A stretch of DNA of 44,842 nt from the NCBI GenBank assembly GCA_041481345.1, contig JBGPBQ010000003.1, positions 1 through 44,842 on the forward strand, given 5' to 3'. Each line of letters opens with the position of its first letter. Position 1 is the stretch's first letter. Shown here in pieces: positions 9,042 to 18,541 of the stretch. Source of the stretch: Anaerolineae bacterium. GTDB lineage: Bacteria; Chloroflexota; Anaerolineae; Anaerolineales; UBA4823. The translations under genes and the position numbers were made by a program. The notes beneath the pieces are model-generated. The model saw only the letters and a list, made by a program, of their open reading frames with translations, did not search any database and was not told the origin of the DNA.

Positions 9042-10318
9042 GTATGGATAAACAGTTTGCAAGCACCAGTGCCTCTCCCCATGTCGTGTTGGATGTCAGT
9101 GGAGACCTGCGGCTTAAAGGGCAGGATGACTTTGAGGTGGTGGCAAAATCAGATTCTCCCGAGGATCTCGCCTTAGAAGCCCGCGATGATCAGGTCGCGA
9201 TCCGCTGCACAAGCAACTGTAGCGTGCGCGTTCCACGTGCAGCGGTCGTAGAAATTCACTCAGCCCATGGAGAAGCGGTTATCAAAGCCCTGGACGGGAG
9301 TTTATCGATTGAAACAGTCGATGGAGATTTGGAACTGCGCAGTGTATGTGTAACGAGTATTGGCAAGGTGAATGGGAATCTGACTGCCAAGAATGTGGAC
9401 GGTGATCTCAGCATTGAATCAATTGCTGGTGATGTTTTTGTGCGCAGTGTCCAGGGGAATTTCACCGTTGCCAAGTCGATTAATGGCAACCTTAACCTCA
9501 CAGATGTAGGTGGGAGTGCCAAAGCCTCAGCCAATGGTAATATCCTTCTCCGTCTCGATCCTGCTCCCGGGCATGATTATGAATTTGACTGTACCGGCAA
9601 CCTGTTTTGCCGCTTATCTTCAGACGCCAGTGTAGAGATCAGTGTGCCGAAGGCCTCTCAGGTGATGGTTGATCTGCCTGGGATTCATGCCTCAGCCCCA
9701 GTGCAAACACCCTATGCCCTCACCCTTGGTGAAGGCGACGCAAAGATCACCCTGTCTGCGAAAGGCAACGTTGTCCTGGATACCCATGCTCCCGAGTGGG
9801 ACATGGAAGATTATGACATTAACATCGGTGCTGAAGTGGAAGGGATGGCCGACGCAGTCAGCCAACAGATAAATCAGCAGGTTGAATCTCAGGTGCGCAT
9901 GATCGAAGACCAGCTGAATGCCCAGCTTTCCAGCCTTACCATGCGTTTGAGCGCCGCAAAACTGACCGAAGACCAGGCACGCAGGATTGAAGACCGAGCG
10001 CGTGAAGCTAGTGAACGGGCCACTCAACGGGCGCAGGAACGTGTGCATCGAGCGCAGGAGAGAATGGAACAAAGGATGGCGGCTGCTCAGCGAAAAATGG
10101 AGTATAAAGCTCAGGCAATGGAACGTGCTTCACGCCATGGGCGTCATCCGGTAGGGATGGGAATCTTCACTGTTCCTGGCTCCCCGAAGCCACCAACCCC
10201 ATCCGGTGAACCGGTTAACGAAGAGGAACGCTTGATGATCCTGCGCATGCTCGAACAGAAGAAAATTACCATGGAAGAGGCGGAGAACCTGCTTACAGCA
10301 TTGGAAGATCAGGCTTAG
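9038..10318 (+). CDS. DUF4097-like beta-repeat + coiled coil + C-terminal SHOCT-like protein
   Basis: Repeated V.GDL/V.GNL strands, RAQER coiled coil, EERLMILRMLEQKKITMEEAENLL; GTGA overlap with the upstream stop. Confidence 0.85.
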   Translation: MSMDKQFASTSASPHVVLDVSGDLRLKGQDDFEVVAKSDSPEDLALEARDDQVAIRCTSNCSVRVPRAAVVEIHSAHGEAVIKALDGSLSIETVDGDLELRSVCVTSIGKVNGNLTAKNVDGDLSIESIAGDVFVRSVQGNFTVAKSINGNLNLTDVGGSAKASANGNILLRLDPAPGHDYEFDCTGNLFCRLSSDASVEISVPKASQVMVDLPGIHASAPVQTPYALTLGEGDAKITLSAKGNVVLDTHAPEWDMEDYDINIGAEVEGMADAVSQQINQQVESQVRMIEDQLNAQLSSLTMRLSAAKLTEDQARRIEDRAREASERATQRAQERVHRAQERMEQRMAAAQRKMEYKAQAMERASRHGRHPVGMGIFTVPGSPKPPTPSGEPVNEEERLMILRMLEQKKITMEEAENLLTALEDQA

Positions 10319-10382
10319 AAGGTTACATAATCCCAGATCGAACTGTCCTCCCATATCCCGTGGTGAAAGGTGAAGGTAAAGT

Positions 10383-11057
10383 ATGACCAACGAAACAGAA
10401 CGTCTGCAAATCCTCGAAATGATCGAAAAAGGTGTCATCAGTGCTGCCGAGGGCGTCAGGCTGCTCAATTCCCTCCAGGGAGAGCCTGAAGAGGTCGAAA
10501 CACGGCTGTTTAGCCCCACCATCCCGACCGCAGCAGGACCTTCTCCGGAACCTGAAGTTACTGTAGAAGAACCCGCACCTGAAGCCAGGCCTTCGCCCGT
10601 ACCGTCTGAATTTGACGCTAAGACCAGGAAGTGGCGCCGCTGGTGGTGGATTCCTTTAACTATCGGTGTAAGCATTACTGTGATCAGTGGTCTGCTAATG
10701 TTCCTGGCATACCAGAGTAGTGGATTCGGGTTTTGGTTTGCTTGTTTATGGTTCCCGTTGCTGTTCGGTGTGGTCATTATGAGCCTTGCAGCTGCCAGCC
10801 GAACCACGCGTTGGTTGCATGTCAGGGTTCACCAGGAGCCTGGCGAATGGCCCCGGACCATCGCCATCAGCCTACCGATTCCCCTCCGTTTTACCGCCTG
10901 GCTATTGCGCATTTTTAAGCCTTATATTCACAATATGGAAAATACCAGCCTGGATGAAATTATCCTTGCCTTGGAAAAAACTTCTCCTGACCAGCCATTC
11001 TACGTGAACGTAGACGAGGGCGAATCAGGTGAAAAAGTCGAAGTTTATATCGGATAA
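10383..11057 (+). CDS. SHOCT-like domain membrane protein (2 TM)
   Basis: ERLQILEMIEKGVISAAEGVRLL, Pro/Glu linker, two TM helices, C-domain similar to the next gene. Confidence 0.85.
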   Translation: MTNETERLQILEMIEKGVISAAEGVRLLNSLQGEPEEVETRLFSPTIPTAAGPSPEPEVTVEEPAPEARPSPVPSEFDAKTRKWRRWWWIPLTIGVSITVISGLLMFLAYQSSGFGFWFACLWFPLLFGVVIMSLAAASRTTRWLHVRVHQEPGEWPRTIAISLPIPLRFTAWLLRIFKPYIHNMENTSLDEIILALEKTSPDQPFYVNVDEGESGEKVEVYIG

Positions 11058-11125
11058 AAGCTATCATAGGATGTAGAGCTGATCCCAATCTCATCTCTCG
11101 TGCCAGAATTTATGTGGAGGTCTTT

Positions 11126-11500
11126 ATGGCAACAACAGAAGAAAGAATGCGAATTTTACGAATGATCCAGGAAGGCAAGATTACTGCTGATGAAGGTGCC
11201 AAGCTGCTTGCAGCCTTGCGTGAGAGTCGTAAGGAAGCTCGCCCGGTTGTCACAACCAGCCGTCCCGGAAAAGGTATGCTGCGTGTGCGTGTCACAGATA
11301 TGTTAACTGGCAAAGCCAAGGTCAATGTCAACCTGCCCCTGGGGCTGGTGGATGCGGGGATGAGTATTGCCAGCCAGTATGCTCCGGATATAAATTTTGG
11401 TCAAATCGCGGACGCGATACGATCCGGGCAGATGGAAGGAAAGATCGTGGATGTGGTGGATGAGGAAGACGGAGAGCATATTGAAGTTTTCATCGATTAA
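11126..11500 (+). CDS. SHOCT-like domain soluble protein (YvlB/LiaX N-terminal-like)
   Basis: EERMRILRMIQEGKITADEGAKLL; LRVRV...VNLPL...GEHIEVFID; ATG 11126 after GGAGG. Confidence 0.88.
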   Translation: MATTEERMRILRMIQEGKITADEGAKLLAALRESRKEARPVVTTSRPGKGMLRVRVTDMLTGKAKVNVNLPLGLVDAGMSIASQYAPDINFGQIADAIRSGQMEGKIVDVVDEEDGEHIEVFID

Positions 11501-11544
11501 TCGCATGCCAATGCCCTGCAGTCGGAAAATTTATGGAGGTTATT

Positions 11545-12555
11545 ATGTCTGATGAAATCATTGAACAAAGATATGAAGTAGCTGCACCAGCCCGTTTGAT
11601 CATCTCCAACGTCCGTGGTTCAGTCACCATCCAGCCGGGCGAGGCCGGTGTGATTGAGGTCAAGGCCGTCAAGCATGGTAATTTTGACAACGGCCAGAAT
11701 GCGGTCGAGATGACCCAGGATTCAGATGGGACCGTGCGGGTTGAAACCCGCTCCAATGACGCCTTTTTTGGTTTCCTGTCACACCCGCCCAGGGTGGACT
11801 ATTCTGTGCGTGTCCCTCAGGGTATCCATCTTGAGGCTTCCTGTGTCAGCAGTACCATCGACGTGAGTGAGCTGGAAGGTGTGTTTAAGTTAAAGACCAT
11901 CAGTGGTAGTGTTACCCTGGCTAAGCTGTCCGGTCCATTGAAGCTTGGTGCGGTGAGTGGGAATATCAGCGGCACACAGCTCGTTGGTGTGATTGATTTG
12001 AATACGGTTTCAGGTAGGGTACACCTGACAGAGTCCAACTTTCCTTCAGCAGATGCCTCCACGGTCAGCGGTGATTTGCTCCTTCAAACCCCAGTCGCAG
12101 ATGGACCGTATCGGTTCAGCTCGGTTTCAGGTTCGGTGCACATGATTGTGCCTGCAGATACGCGCTGTAATGTAGAGCTAAACAGTGTCAGCGGCAGCAT
12201 CCGCTCCTCTCTGCCAGCCGCAGTCACCAAAATGGGTCATGGGTTAAAAGTGACCCAGATCCAGGGTGGCGGTACCGCGGTTCGTCTCAAGAGCGTCTCG
12301 GGTGGAGTATCGATCGAGACGGAAGGCACTACCGCCACCGCGGTCCAAACGACTGCGCCTGCTAACGTAGCTCCTATTCCCCCGGTTCCACCTATTCCCC
12401 CGGTTCCACCTGTTCCTTCTGTTCCTCCGGTTCCTTCAACTGAGATCCCTTCCACCCCTCCGGAACAGCTCACCACATCTGAAATCCTGCAGCGCATCGA
12501 GAGAGGTGAGATGACGGTCGACGAGGCGATCAAACTGATGAAGGATAAATCCTGA
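11545..12555 (+). CDS. DUF4097 beta-strand repeat protein with C-terminal SHOCT-like tail
   Basis: Many (T/S)VSG repeats, Pro-rich linker, EILQRIERGEMTVDEAIKLM; ATG 11545 after GGAGG. Confidence 0.88.
   Translation: MSDEIIEQRYEVAAPARLIISNVRGSVTIQPGEAGVIEVKAVKHGNFDNGQNAVEMTQDSDGTVRVETRSNDAFFGFLSHPPRVDYSVRVPQGIHLEASCVSSTIDVSELEGVFKLKTISGSVTLAKLSGPLKLGAVSGNISGTQLVGVIDLNTVSGRVHLTESNFPSADASTVSGDLLLQTPVADGPYRFSSVSGSVHMIVPADTRCNVELNSVSGSIRSSLPAAVTKMGHGLKVTQIQGGGTAVRLKSVSGGVSIETEGTTATAVQTTAPANVAPIPPVPPIPPVPPVPSVPPVPSTEIPSTPPEQLTTSEILQRIERGEMTVDEAIKLMKDKS
12373..12435 (+). repeat. Coding tandem repeat (PIPPVP) linker
   Basis: CCTATTCCCCCGGTTCCA x2 followed by degenerate 9-bp units. Confidence 0.8.
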
Positions 12556-12576
12556 TTATCATTCCATCTATCTTCT

Positions 12577-12613
12577 AAGACGACCCGTGGAGATCTTCCG
12601 CGGGCGTTTTTTT
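12577..12613 (+). terminator. Intrinsic terminator closing the DUF2089 operon
   Basis: CCCGTGGA/TCCGCGGG stem with a T run. Confidence 0.85.
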
Positions 12614-12633
12614 GAGAAGATCAGAACATTAAT

Positions 12634-14043
12634 ATGATGAACCTACCCCGCACTCCCACAAAGCCAGAAGATTCAAAACTTCCGACCGGAATGTTTGGCT
12701 TTACCATCGTCTGGTTTGGTCAGATCATTTCGCTGCTGGGCACCAGCATGACCGGGTTCGCCATGACCATCTGGGCGTATCAAAAGACCAATGCTGCCAC
12801 CGCCCTAACCCTGATTGGTTTCTTCTTCGTTGCACCGATGCTCATCGCTTCCCCATTCGCCGGGGCCTTGGTCGATCGCTCCAATCGCAAGCTGATGATG
12901 ATGGTCTCTGATATAGCCTCCGGCATCGCCAGCTTCATCATTCTTATCCTCTTTACCACCGGGCATCTGCAGATATGGCACCTGTTTATCACCAGCGCCT
13001 TCCAGGGAGTGTTCCAATCCTTCCAATGGCCGGCTTATTCTGCTGCTATTTCCACCATGATTCCCAAGCAGCATTATGGGCGGGCGAACGGCATGCTCAC
13101 GCTGGCCGATTCGGCCTCGAACATTTTTGCCCCCATCCTGGCCGGATCTCTGTTGGGGATTATCGGTGTGCCGGGCATTTTATTAATCGACCTGGGTACA
13201 TTTATTTTTGCCATCGGTGCTTTGCTGCTGGTACATATCCCTCAGCCCAGGGTCACCGAAGAAGGGCGCCAGGCACGTGGAAACATTCTCGAGGAAGCCG
13301 TTTTCGGCTTTCGCTACATATGGAGCCGTCCTCCATTGCTCGCCCTGCAAATCGTCTTTCTCACCGGTAATTTCTTCGTGGGTATCCCGGCTGCGGTCGA
13401 GGCCGCCATGATCCTTGCCAATACCGGCAGCAACGAAAAAGCGCTTGCCTATGTAAATTCGGCTGCGGCAATTGGGGGCGTGGTGGGTGGTCTGGTAATG
13501 AGCGCCTGGGGTGGTCCCAAACGCCGCGTGCATGGGGTTCTCTTTGGCTGGTTCATCGCCAGCCTTCTTGGTAGTGTCCTGATGGGATTCAGCCGGAGTA
13601 TCCTCTTCTGGGCGATTTCCGGATTTTTGGGAATGTTCTTCATCCCTATCATTAACGGCTCCAACCAGGCGATCTGGCAGGCAAAGGTCCCCCCAGACTT
13701 GCAGGGGCGCGTTTTTTCCATTCGCCGGCTGATTGCCTGGTTTGTCAGCCCACTGGCATTGCTTATTGCCGGACCCCTGTCTGATAAGCTGCTGGAGCCT
13801 GCCATGCGCGATCCAGAAAGCTTCCTGGCTTCTACTGTTGGTTCGATCATCGGCATAGGCCCCGGGCGCGGTATGGCGCTCCTTTTTATCATCGGCGGCG
13901 GGATTGCTGCCCTGATTGGGATCAGCGGGTATGTCTTCCGCGTCCTTAGGGATGCCGACACGCTCCTGCCCGACCATGACACTCTCCCCTCTTCTGTTCC
14001 TCCGGACGAAAAATTTACGAGCATGCAGGAGCTGCCTGAGTAG
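12634..14043 (+). CDS. MFS transporter (DHA3/macrolide-efflux-like)
   Basis: GQIISLLG, AGALVDRSNRK, QAKVPPDLQGRVFS; about 12 TM. Confidence 0.93.
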   Translation: MMNLPRTPTKPEDSKLPTGMFGFTIVWFGQIISLLGTSMTGFAMTIWAYQKTNAATALTLIGFFFVAPMLIASPFAGALVDRSNRKLMMMVSDIASGIASFIILILFTTGHLQIWHLFITSAFQGVFQSFQWPAYSAAISTMIPKQHYGRANGMLTLADSASNIFAPILAGSLLGIIGVPGILLIDLGTFIFAIGALLLVHIPQPRVTEEGRQARGNILEEAVFGFRYIWSRPPLLALQIVFLTGNFFVGIPAAVEAAMILANTGSNEKALAYVNSAAAIGGVVGGLVMSAWGGPKRRVHGVLFGWFIASLLGSVLMGFSRSILFWAISGFLGMFFIPIINGSNQAIWQAKVPPDLQGRVFSIRRLIAWFVSPLALLIAGPLSDKLLEPAMRDPESFLASTVGSIIGIGPGRGMALLFIIGGGIAALIGISGYVFRVLRDADTLLPDHDTLPSSVPPDEKFTSMQELPE

Positions 14044-14180
14044 CGCAATCACTGGGTAGCCCAGCCTGTAGCCCCCGAGCGTGAGCAGGCGCTCAAAACG
14101 ATCTCGAATTCACTGCGCAAGCTAGGCGAGAATCAGCTGCTACCGACCGAGTAGCCTTGTTTCGTCGATCGATGGTTATT

Positions 14181-14744
14181 CTATTGGGTGGTAGGTGAGG
14201 AAAATTTCCGCTCCAATACGATTGCCGCCATGGTATCGTCGGCTAAGACCGTGTCTCCTTCGTAGTGGACGATCGTCCGCCAGCCCATATCGATCCAGAA
14301 CCGAAGCGCCGGCCAATTTTTCAGGCATACTCGCAGCCAAATTGCCTCATATTCACCTAGCTGCCTGAATTGGTCCCATAATCCATATGCCAGCTCAGAT
14401 CCATAATGGTTCTTCTGGAAATGCGGATGGACCACAAACATCGATATCCACACCCGGTGTGGCATCGGTGCATCATGGAACAGGTGAAAATATCCGATGA
14501 TATCCGCTCCACCGCGCAGAAAAACGCTTTGCATTTTGAAAATATCTTTTGCTGTGTGATTTAATCCCAGGCTTTTCGAAACCAATTTGATAAAGGCTTC
14601 CTCAGTTTCTTCATAAAACGTATTGTCCCACTCAGCCACGTACGAACACGCATTGAACACATTCCGTAAATGGGGAACATCCTCCATGGTGGCATCCCTC
14701 ACCATCAATCGGTCCGTTCCCCAGCTTTCCGGTAAAATTTTCAT
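14181..14744 (-). CDS. GNAT family N-acetyltransferase
   Basis: FVVHPHFQKNHYGS motif A variant, NWPALRFW..MGW. Confidence 0.85.
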   Translation of the reverse strand: MKILPESWGTDRLMVRDATMEDVPHLRNVFNACSYVAEWDNTFYEETEEAFIKLVSKSLGLNHTAKDIFKMQSVFLRGGADIIGYFHLFHDAPMPHRVWISMFVVHPHFQKNHYGSELAYGLWDQFRQLGEYEAIWLRVCLKNWPALRFWIDMGWRTIVHYEGDTVLADDTMAAIVLERKFSSPTTQ

Positions 14745-14943
14745 GCTCTATGCCCTCTGCAGCTAATTTTATGATTAATCCAGGTTCCTCTACCCCATTT
14801 AAACGATGATGCCCGAATTATTTTATCTCATTATGCTTAAAATAAACTTTTAAGAGATTAATCATTCTATAGAATCGTTGATAACGCGGTACACTTACCT
14901 TGTGAAATTCCCCACATCCACAAAATAGTCGGAGATAAGTCAT

Positions 14944-17900
14944 ATGAGAAGAATCCGCATCGTGCTCCCGATTCTGGTCCTTTTTTTTATTTTCATGCTG
15001 GGTATTTTGCTCACCAACCCTTCTAAGGCGCAAGTTGGTCCCATCTGGCTCCCATTTGATGGCAAATCAGCCCCTTCTGAGCCAGCTCTGACCCTGCTCA
15101 ATGCCAGCCCGACCGAGATTCAATTACATGCCTCCCTCCCTGGTGCGTATGCTGATTCTGTGACAGCCGAAGGGTATCCATACACCCGTCTGACGGCTCC
15201 TGGGTATGGTTTTCCTGCCTCTTATGGTCTGCCTGAGCTGCCTGTTCTGCGCCGTGAAGTGGAGATCCCGTTTGGTGCCCAGCTATCCATCGAGGTCATC
15301 TCAGCCCAATTCACTGATAATTCACTGGGAAGCCTTGGTCTCAACCCCATATACCCCTTGCAGCTGCCGGTCCCTAAAGCGGCTGGGGTTGAAGATAACC
15401 AACCCTTCACCATCGATGCAAAATACTATGCCAATGGAGGGCGCTATCCTTCCAACGTGATTTCGATCGGTGAGCCCTATATCGTCCGTGGTCACCGCAT
15501 CGTGATGGTCGAGGTCTGGCCGGTCGCCTATGATCCCTCCCAGGCGAGCCTGCGCCTGTATTCCCAGGTGACCTTTCAGCTTGACCTCAGCGGCTCGGAC
15601 ATGTCAGCCACCAACCGCCTGGCACAGCGCTATTCATCGCCGGTCTTCGATCCCTCCCTCTCTAACCGGGTGATCAATTTCAACCAGGGTCTCCCGCTCG
15701 CCGTGAATGGGCAGGTTGGCTACTTGATCATCACCGCCGATGCCTATGCAGGAGCCCTTCAGCCCCTGGTCGATCTGCGCTCCAACCGTGGCTTCGCTGT
15801 CACTCTGACGAAACTCTCCGCAATACCATATGGCAGCACAGCTCAAGGCATTAAATCCTATATCCAGACCGCCTATGACACCTGGCCTATCCCGCCATCC
15901 TATGTCCTGCTGGTGGGTGATACCGATACCATGCCCGCCTGGAGTAGCCCTGTTATCAGTACTTTTACCGACCTGTATTACGCCACCATGGATGGGGACT
16001 CTGACTGGCATCCAGATATCGGCCGCGGACGCTTCCCGGTGCGCTCCGTCGAGCAGACCACTGCCATGGTGGATAAATATATTTTTTATGCCGGTCTCAC
16101 CGGGCAGGAACCCTGGCTGAAAACCGCCTCCTTCCCGGCTTCCTGTGATGGTAGTAATTATGGTGTAGCCGAAGGCAGTCATAATTATGTCATCGGTAAT
16201 TACACTGCTCCAGGTGGCTGGACCGGGACCTTCCCCCAAAACCCAAATCCGGGGGGCGACCAGCTGTACTGTATCTCCAATAGTGCCACCCACCAGGATC
16301 TGGTTGATCAATTCAACCAGGGGCGCTGGGCGATCATCTATTCGGGGCACGGATACCAGGGAGGTTGGGAAATGGATTATACCCAGACTGATATCCAGAA
16401 TATGCCTGCCAATACGATGTACCCGTTCGTAGCCTCCCACGCCTGCCTCACCGGCGATTTTGGATTTACCGGCCAGGATGAAGTCTTTGGAGAGACCTGG
16501 GTGCTGCAGGCGAACAAAGGCGCTATGATCTATTGGGGCTCAGCCACTTACAGCTATTGGGGTGAGGATGACGTCTTGGAACGTAGCATGTTTGATGGTC
16601 TGTTTACCAACACCTCCCCGCATGCCGACGTCACCGCCATGACCTACACAGGTCTCGCCGGGGTCGAGGCTGCCTTTCCTTCCAGCGCCCAGTACTACTG
16701 GGAAACCTATAACATCCTCGGAGATCCATCCGTCCATCTGTTCATGGAACCCGACCAGCCTGCCTTCTCCTTAAACCTTGATCCGGCCCACCAGGAAGTC
16801 TGTGTGGAAGGCACGGTTACCTCCACCGCCGAAATCGGTAGCATTTTGGGCTACTCTTCCACCGTCTACCTTGAATCTGGGGACCTGCCATTCAATGTCG
16901 CTGCCAGCTTTGACCCGGCCCAAGCTCCTGCGCCTTATACCTCCACACTCACGCTGGATGTCTCCGCAGGCGCACCAGAGGGCGACCATACCATCATCAT
17001 CACCGCCACCGACCACGTAAGCCAGACTTTATACACCTCCCTCGACCTGCGGATCAATACCACTCTCCCCGGCGCACCCTGGTTGCTCAGCCCTGAAGAT
17101 GGCGCTACCAACCAACCATCTACCCCTACTTTTGATTGGTCTGATCTACCCTTGGTGGACAGTTATAACTTTGAGCTGGCGACCAGCCCGCTGTTTGAAA
17201 CTCCGATCATCACTGCCAGCCATCTGCTCAGCTCTGGTTTTATTCAGCCAGAACCTTTGGAGGGTGGCACGTGCTACTGGTGGCACGCCCAGGCGGATAA
17301 TGCCTGCGGCACCAGTCTCTGGTCCGATCCATTCCACTTCAGAACCATTGATCTCGGTGTGTTGTTCTCAGACGATCTGGAATCCGGTGCAGGTCAGTGG
17401 TCCCATGCCGCAAATCCGGGCATCGACCATTGGGTGGTTTCCACCGACCAATCCCATAGCTCCACCCACGCCTGGTTCGTGCCAGACGATGAAGTTGTCA
17501 CAGACACCAGCCTATGGACGACCGAGACTATCCAGCTGAGTGATAGTAGCCTGCTCACCTTCTGGCACCGCTACCAGTTCGAAGATCCCGATTATGATGG
17601 TGCGGTGTTGGAGATATCCACTGATGCGGGCAACACTTGGTCTGACCTGGGACCTCATATCACTGCCAATGGCTACACTGGAGTCATTAACTCCGGCTAC
17701 AGCAACCCCCTGGGAGGCCGGCAGGGTTGGACGGGTGATCTGCTTGACTGGACGCAAGTGACGGTTGACCTGAGCACTTTCGCCGGGCAGGATGTGATGA
17801 TCCGCTGGCGCCTGGGGAGCGATTCCTCGGTTAGCGATGTTGGCTGGTATATCGATGATGTCGAAATTACGGCTCCACTTCCACCCGGCCCGCCACCGAC

Positions 17901-18450
17901 GCTTGTTTCCATATCCCCCGACTCAGCCAGTCATGACATGCAAACAGTCGTTGTGATCACAGGCACTAATTTCATCGGCTCACCCGCCCTCAAGCTGGGT
18001 GACACCTGGCTGGGACTATCGTATGTGATGGACCCCGAAAGGATCCTTGCCGTTGTACCAGCGGGCCTCCCCTTGGGAACATATGATTTGACCATTTACA
18101 ATGGTGATTGCCAATCGGATACGCTCGAGGGTGCCTTTACCGTGCTTGAGGGAGATGATCCTATCACAGGGTTGAGGGCGGCGAATGATAGCCCGACCGT
18201 GCTTGGCAGTCTTACCACGTTCACTGCTACGGTAGATACTGGCACGAATGTCCTCTACACCTGGGATTTCGGCGATGGAACCAGTGCAGACGGTCAGATG
18301 GTGACGCATGTATATTCTGAAGTTGGCGCTTACACTGCGAAAGTGTTTGCACACAACTTCAACAACGCTGCCTCCACAACCACCGAAGTAACCATCATCG
18401 TCCCGCCGCAAGTATTCCACTTAATTTACCTGCCGGTAACCTTTAAATAA
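14944..18450 (+). CDS. Secreted gingipain-like cysteine peptidase (family C25) with propeptide, Ig/FN3-like, beta-sandwich, IPT/TIG and PKD domains
   Basis: Signal peptide; G.PELP propeptide; YVLLVGD, D.YY, IGRGRFP, YSGHG (His), HAC.TGDF (Cys), YNILGDP; YTWDFGDG PKD; ends IYLPVTFK. Confidence 0.92.
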   Translation: MRRIRIVLPILVLFFIFMLGILLTNPSKAQVGPIWLPFDGKSAPSEPALTLLNASPTEIQLHASLPGAYADSVTAEGYPYTRLTAPGYGFPASYGLPELPVLRREVEIPFGAQLSIEVISAQFTDNSLGSLGLNPIYPLQLPVPKAAGVEDNQPFTIDAKYYANGGRYPSNVISIGEPYIVRGHRIVMVEVWPVAYDPSQASLRLYSQVTFQLDLSGSDMSATNRLAQRYSSPVFDPSLSNRVINFNQGLPLAVNGQVGYLIITADAYAGALQPLVDLRSNRGFAVTLTKLSAIPYGSTAQGIKSYIQTAYDTWPIPPSYVLLVGDTDTMPAWSSPVISTFTDLYYATMDGDSDWHPDIGRGRFPVRSVEQTTAMVDKYIFYAGLTGQEPWLKTASFPASCDGSNYGVAEGSHNYVIGNYTAPGGWTGTFPQNPNPGGDQLYCISNSATHQDLVDQFNQGRWAIIYSGHGYQGGWEMDYTQTDIQNMPANTMYPFVASHACLTGDFGFTGQDEVFGETWVLQANKGAMIYWGSATYSYWGEDDVLERSMFDGLFTNTSPHADVTAMTYTGLAGVEAAFPSSAQYYWETYNILGDPSVHLFMEPDQPAFSLNLDPAHQEVCVEGTVTSTAEIGSILGYSSTVYLESGDLPFNVAASFDPAQAPAPYTSTLTLDVSAGAPEGDHTIIITATDHVSQTLYTSLDLRINTTLPGAPWLLSPEDGATNQPSTPTFDWSDLPLVDSYNFELATSPLFETPIITASHLLSSGFIQPEPLEGGTCYWWHAQADNACGTSLWSDPFHFRTIDLGVLFSDDLESGAGQWSHAANPGIDHWVVSTDQSHSSTHAWFVPDDEVVTDTSLWTTETIQLSDSSLLTFWHRYQFEDPDYDGAVLEISTDAGNTWSDLGPHITANGYTGVINSGYSNPLGGRQGWTGDLLDWTQVTVDLSTFAGQDVMIRWRLGSDSSVSDVGWYIDDVEITAPLPPGPPPTLVSISPDSASHDMQTVVVITGTNFIGSPALKLGDTWLGLSYVMDPERILAVVPAGLPLGTYDLTIYNGDCQSDTLEGAFTVLEGDDPITGLRAANDSPTVLGSLTTFTATVDTGTNVLYTWDFGDGTSADGQMVTHVYSEVGAYTAKVFAHNFNNAASTTTEVTIIVPPQVFHLIYLPVTFK

Positions 18451-18457
18451 TACAAAT

Positions 18458-18489
18458 CACTCACGGGCGCATTACTGCACCCGTGAGTG
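18458..18489. terminator. Hairpin between convergent genes (likely bidirectional terminator)
   Basis: CACTCACGGGCGCA-TTAC-TGCACCCGTGAGTG. Confidence 0.7.
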
Positions 18490-18541
18490 TATTTACATTT
18501 ATAATTCGATCGCCAGATCTATACCGGCAATCGCATCCAGA

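Noticed and set aside
13183-14052. Long antisense ORFs (also 15634-16440, 30683-31597, 34435-35325)
   Set aside because: They fully overlap well-supported genes on the opposite strand and are typical codon-bias shadows.
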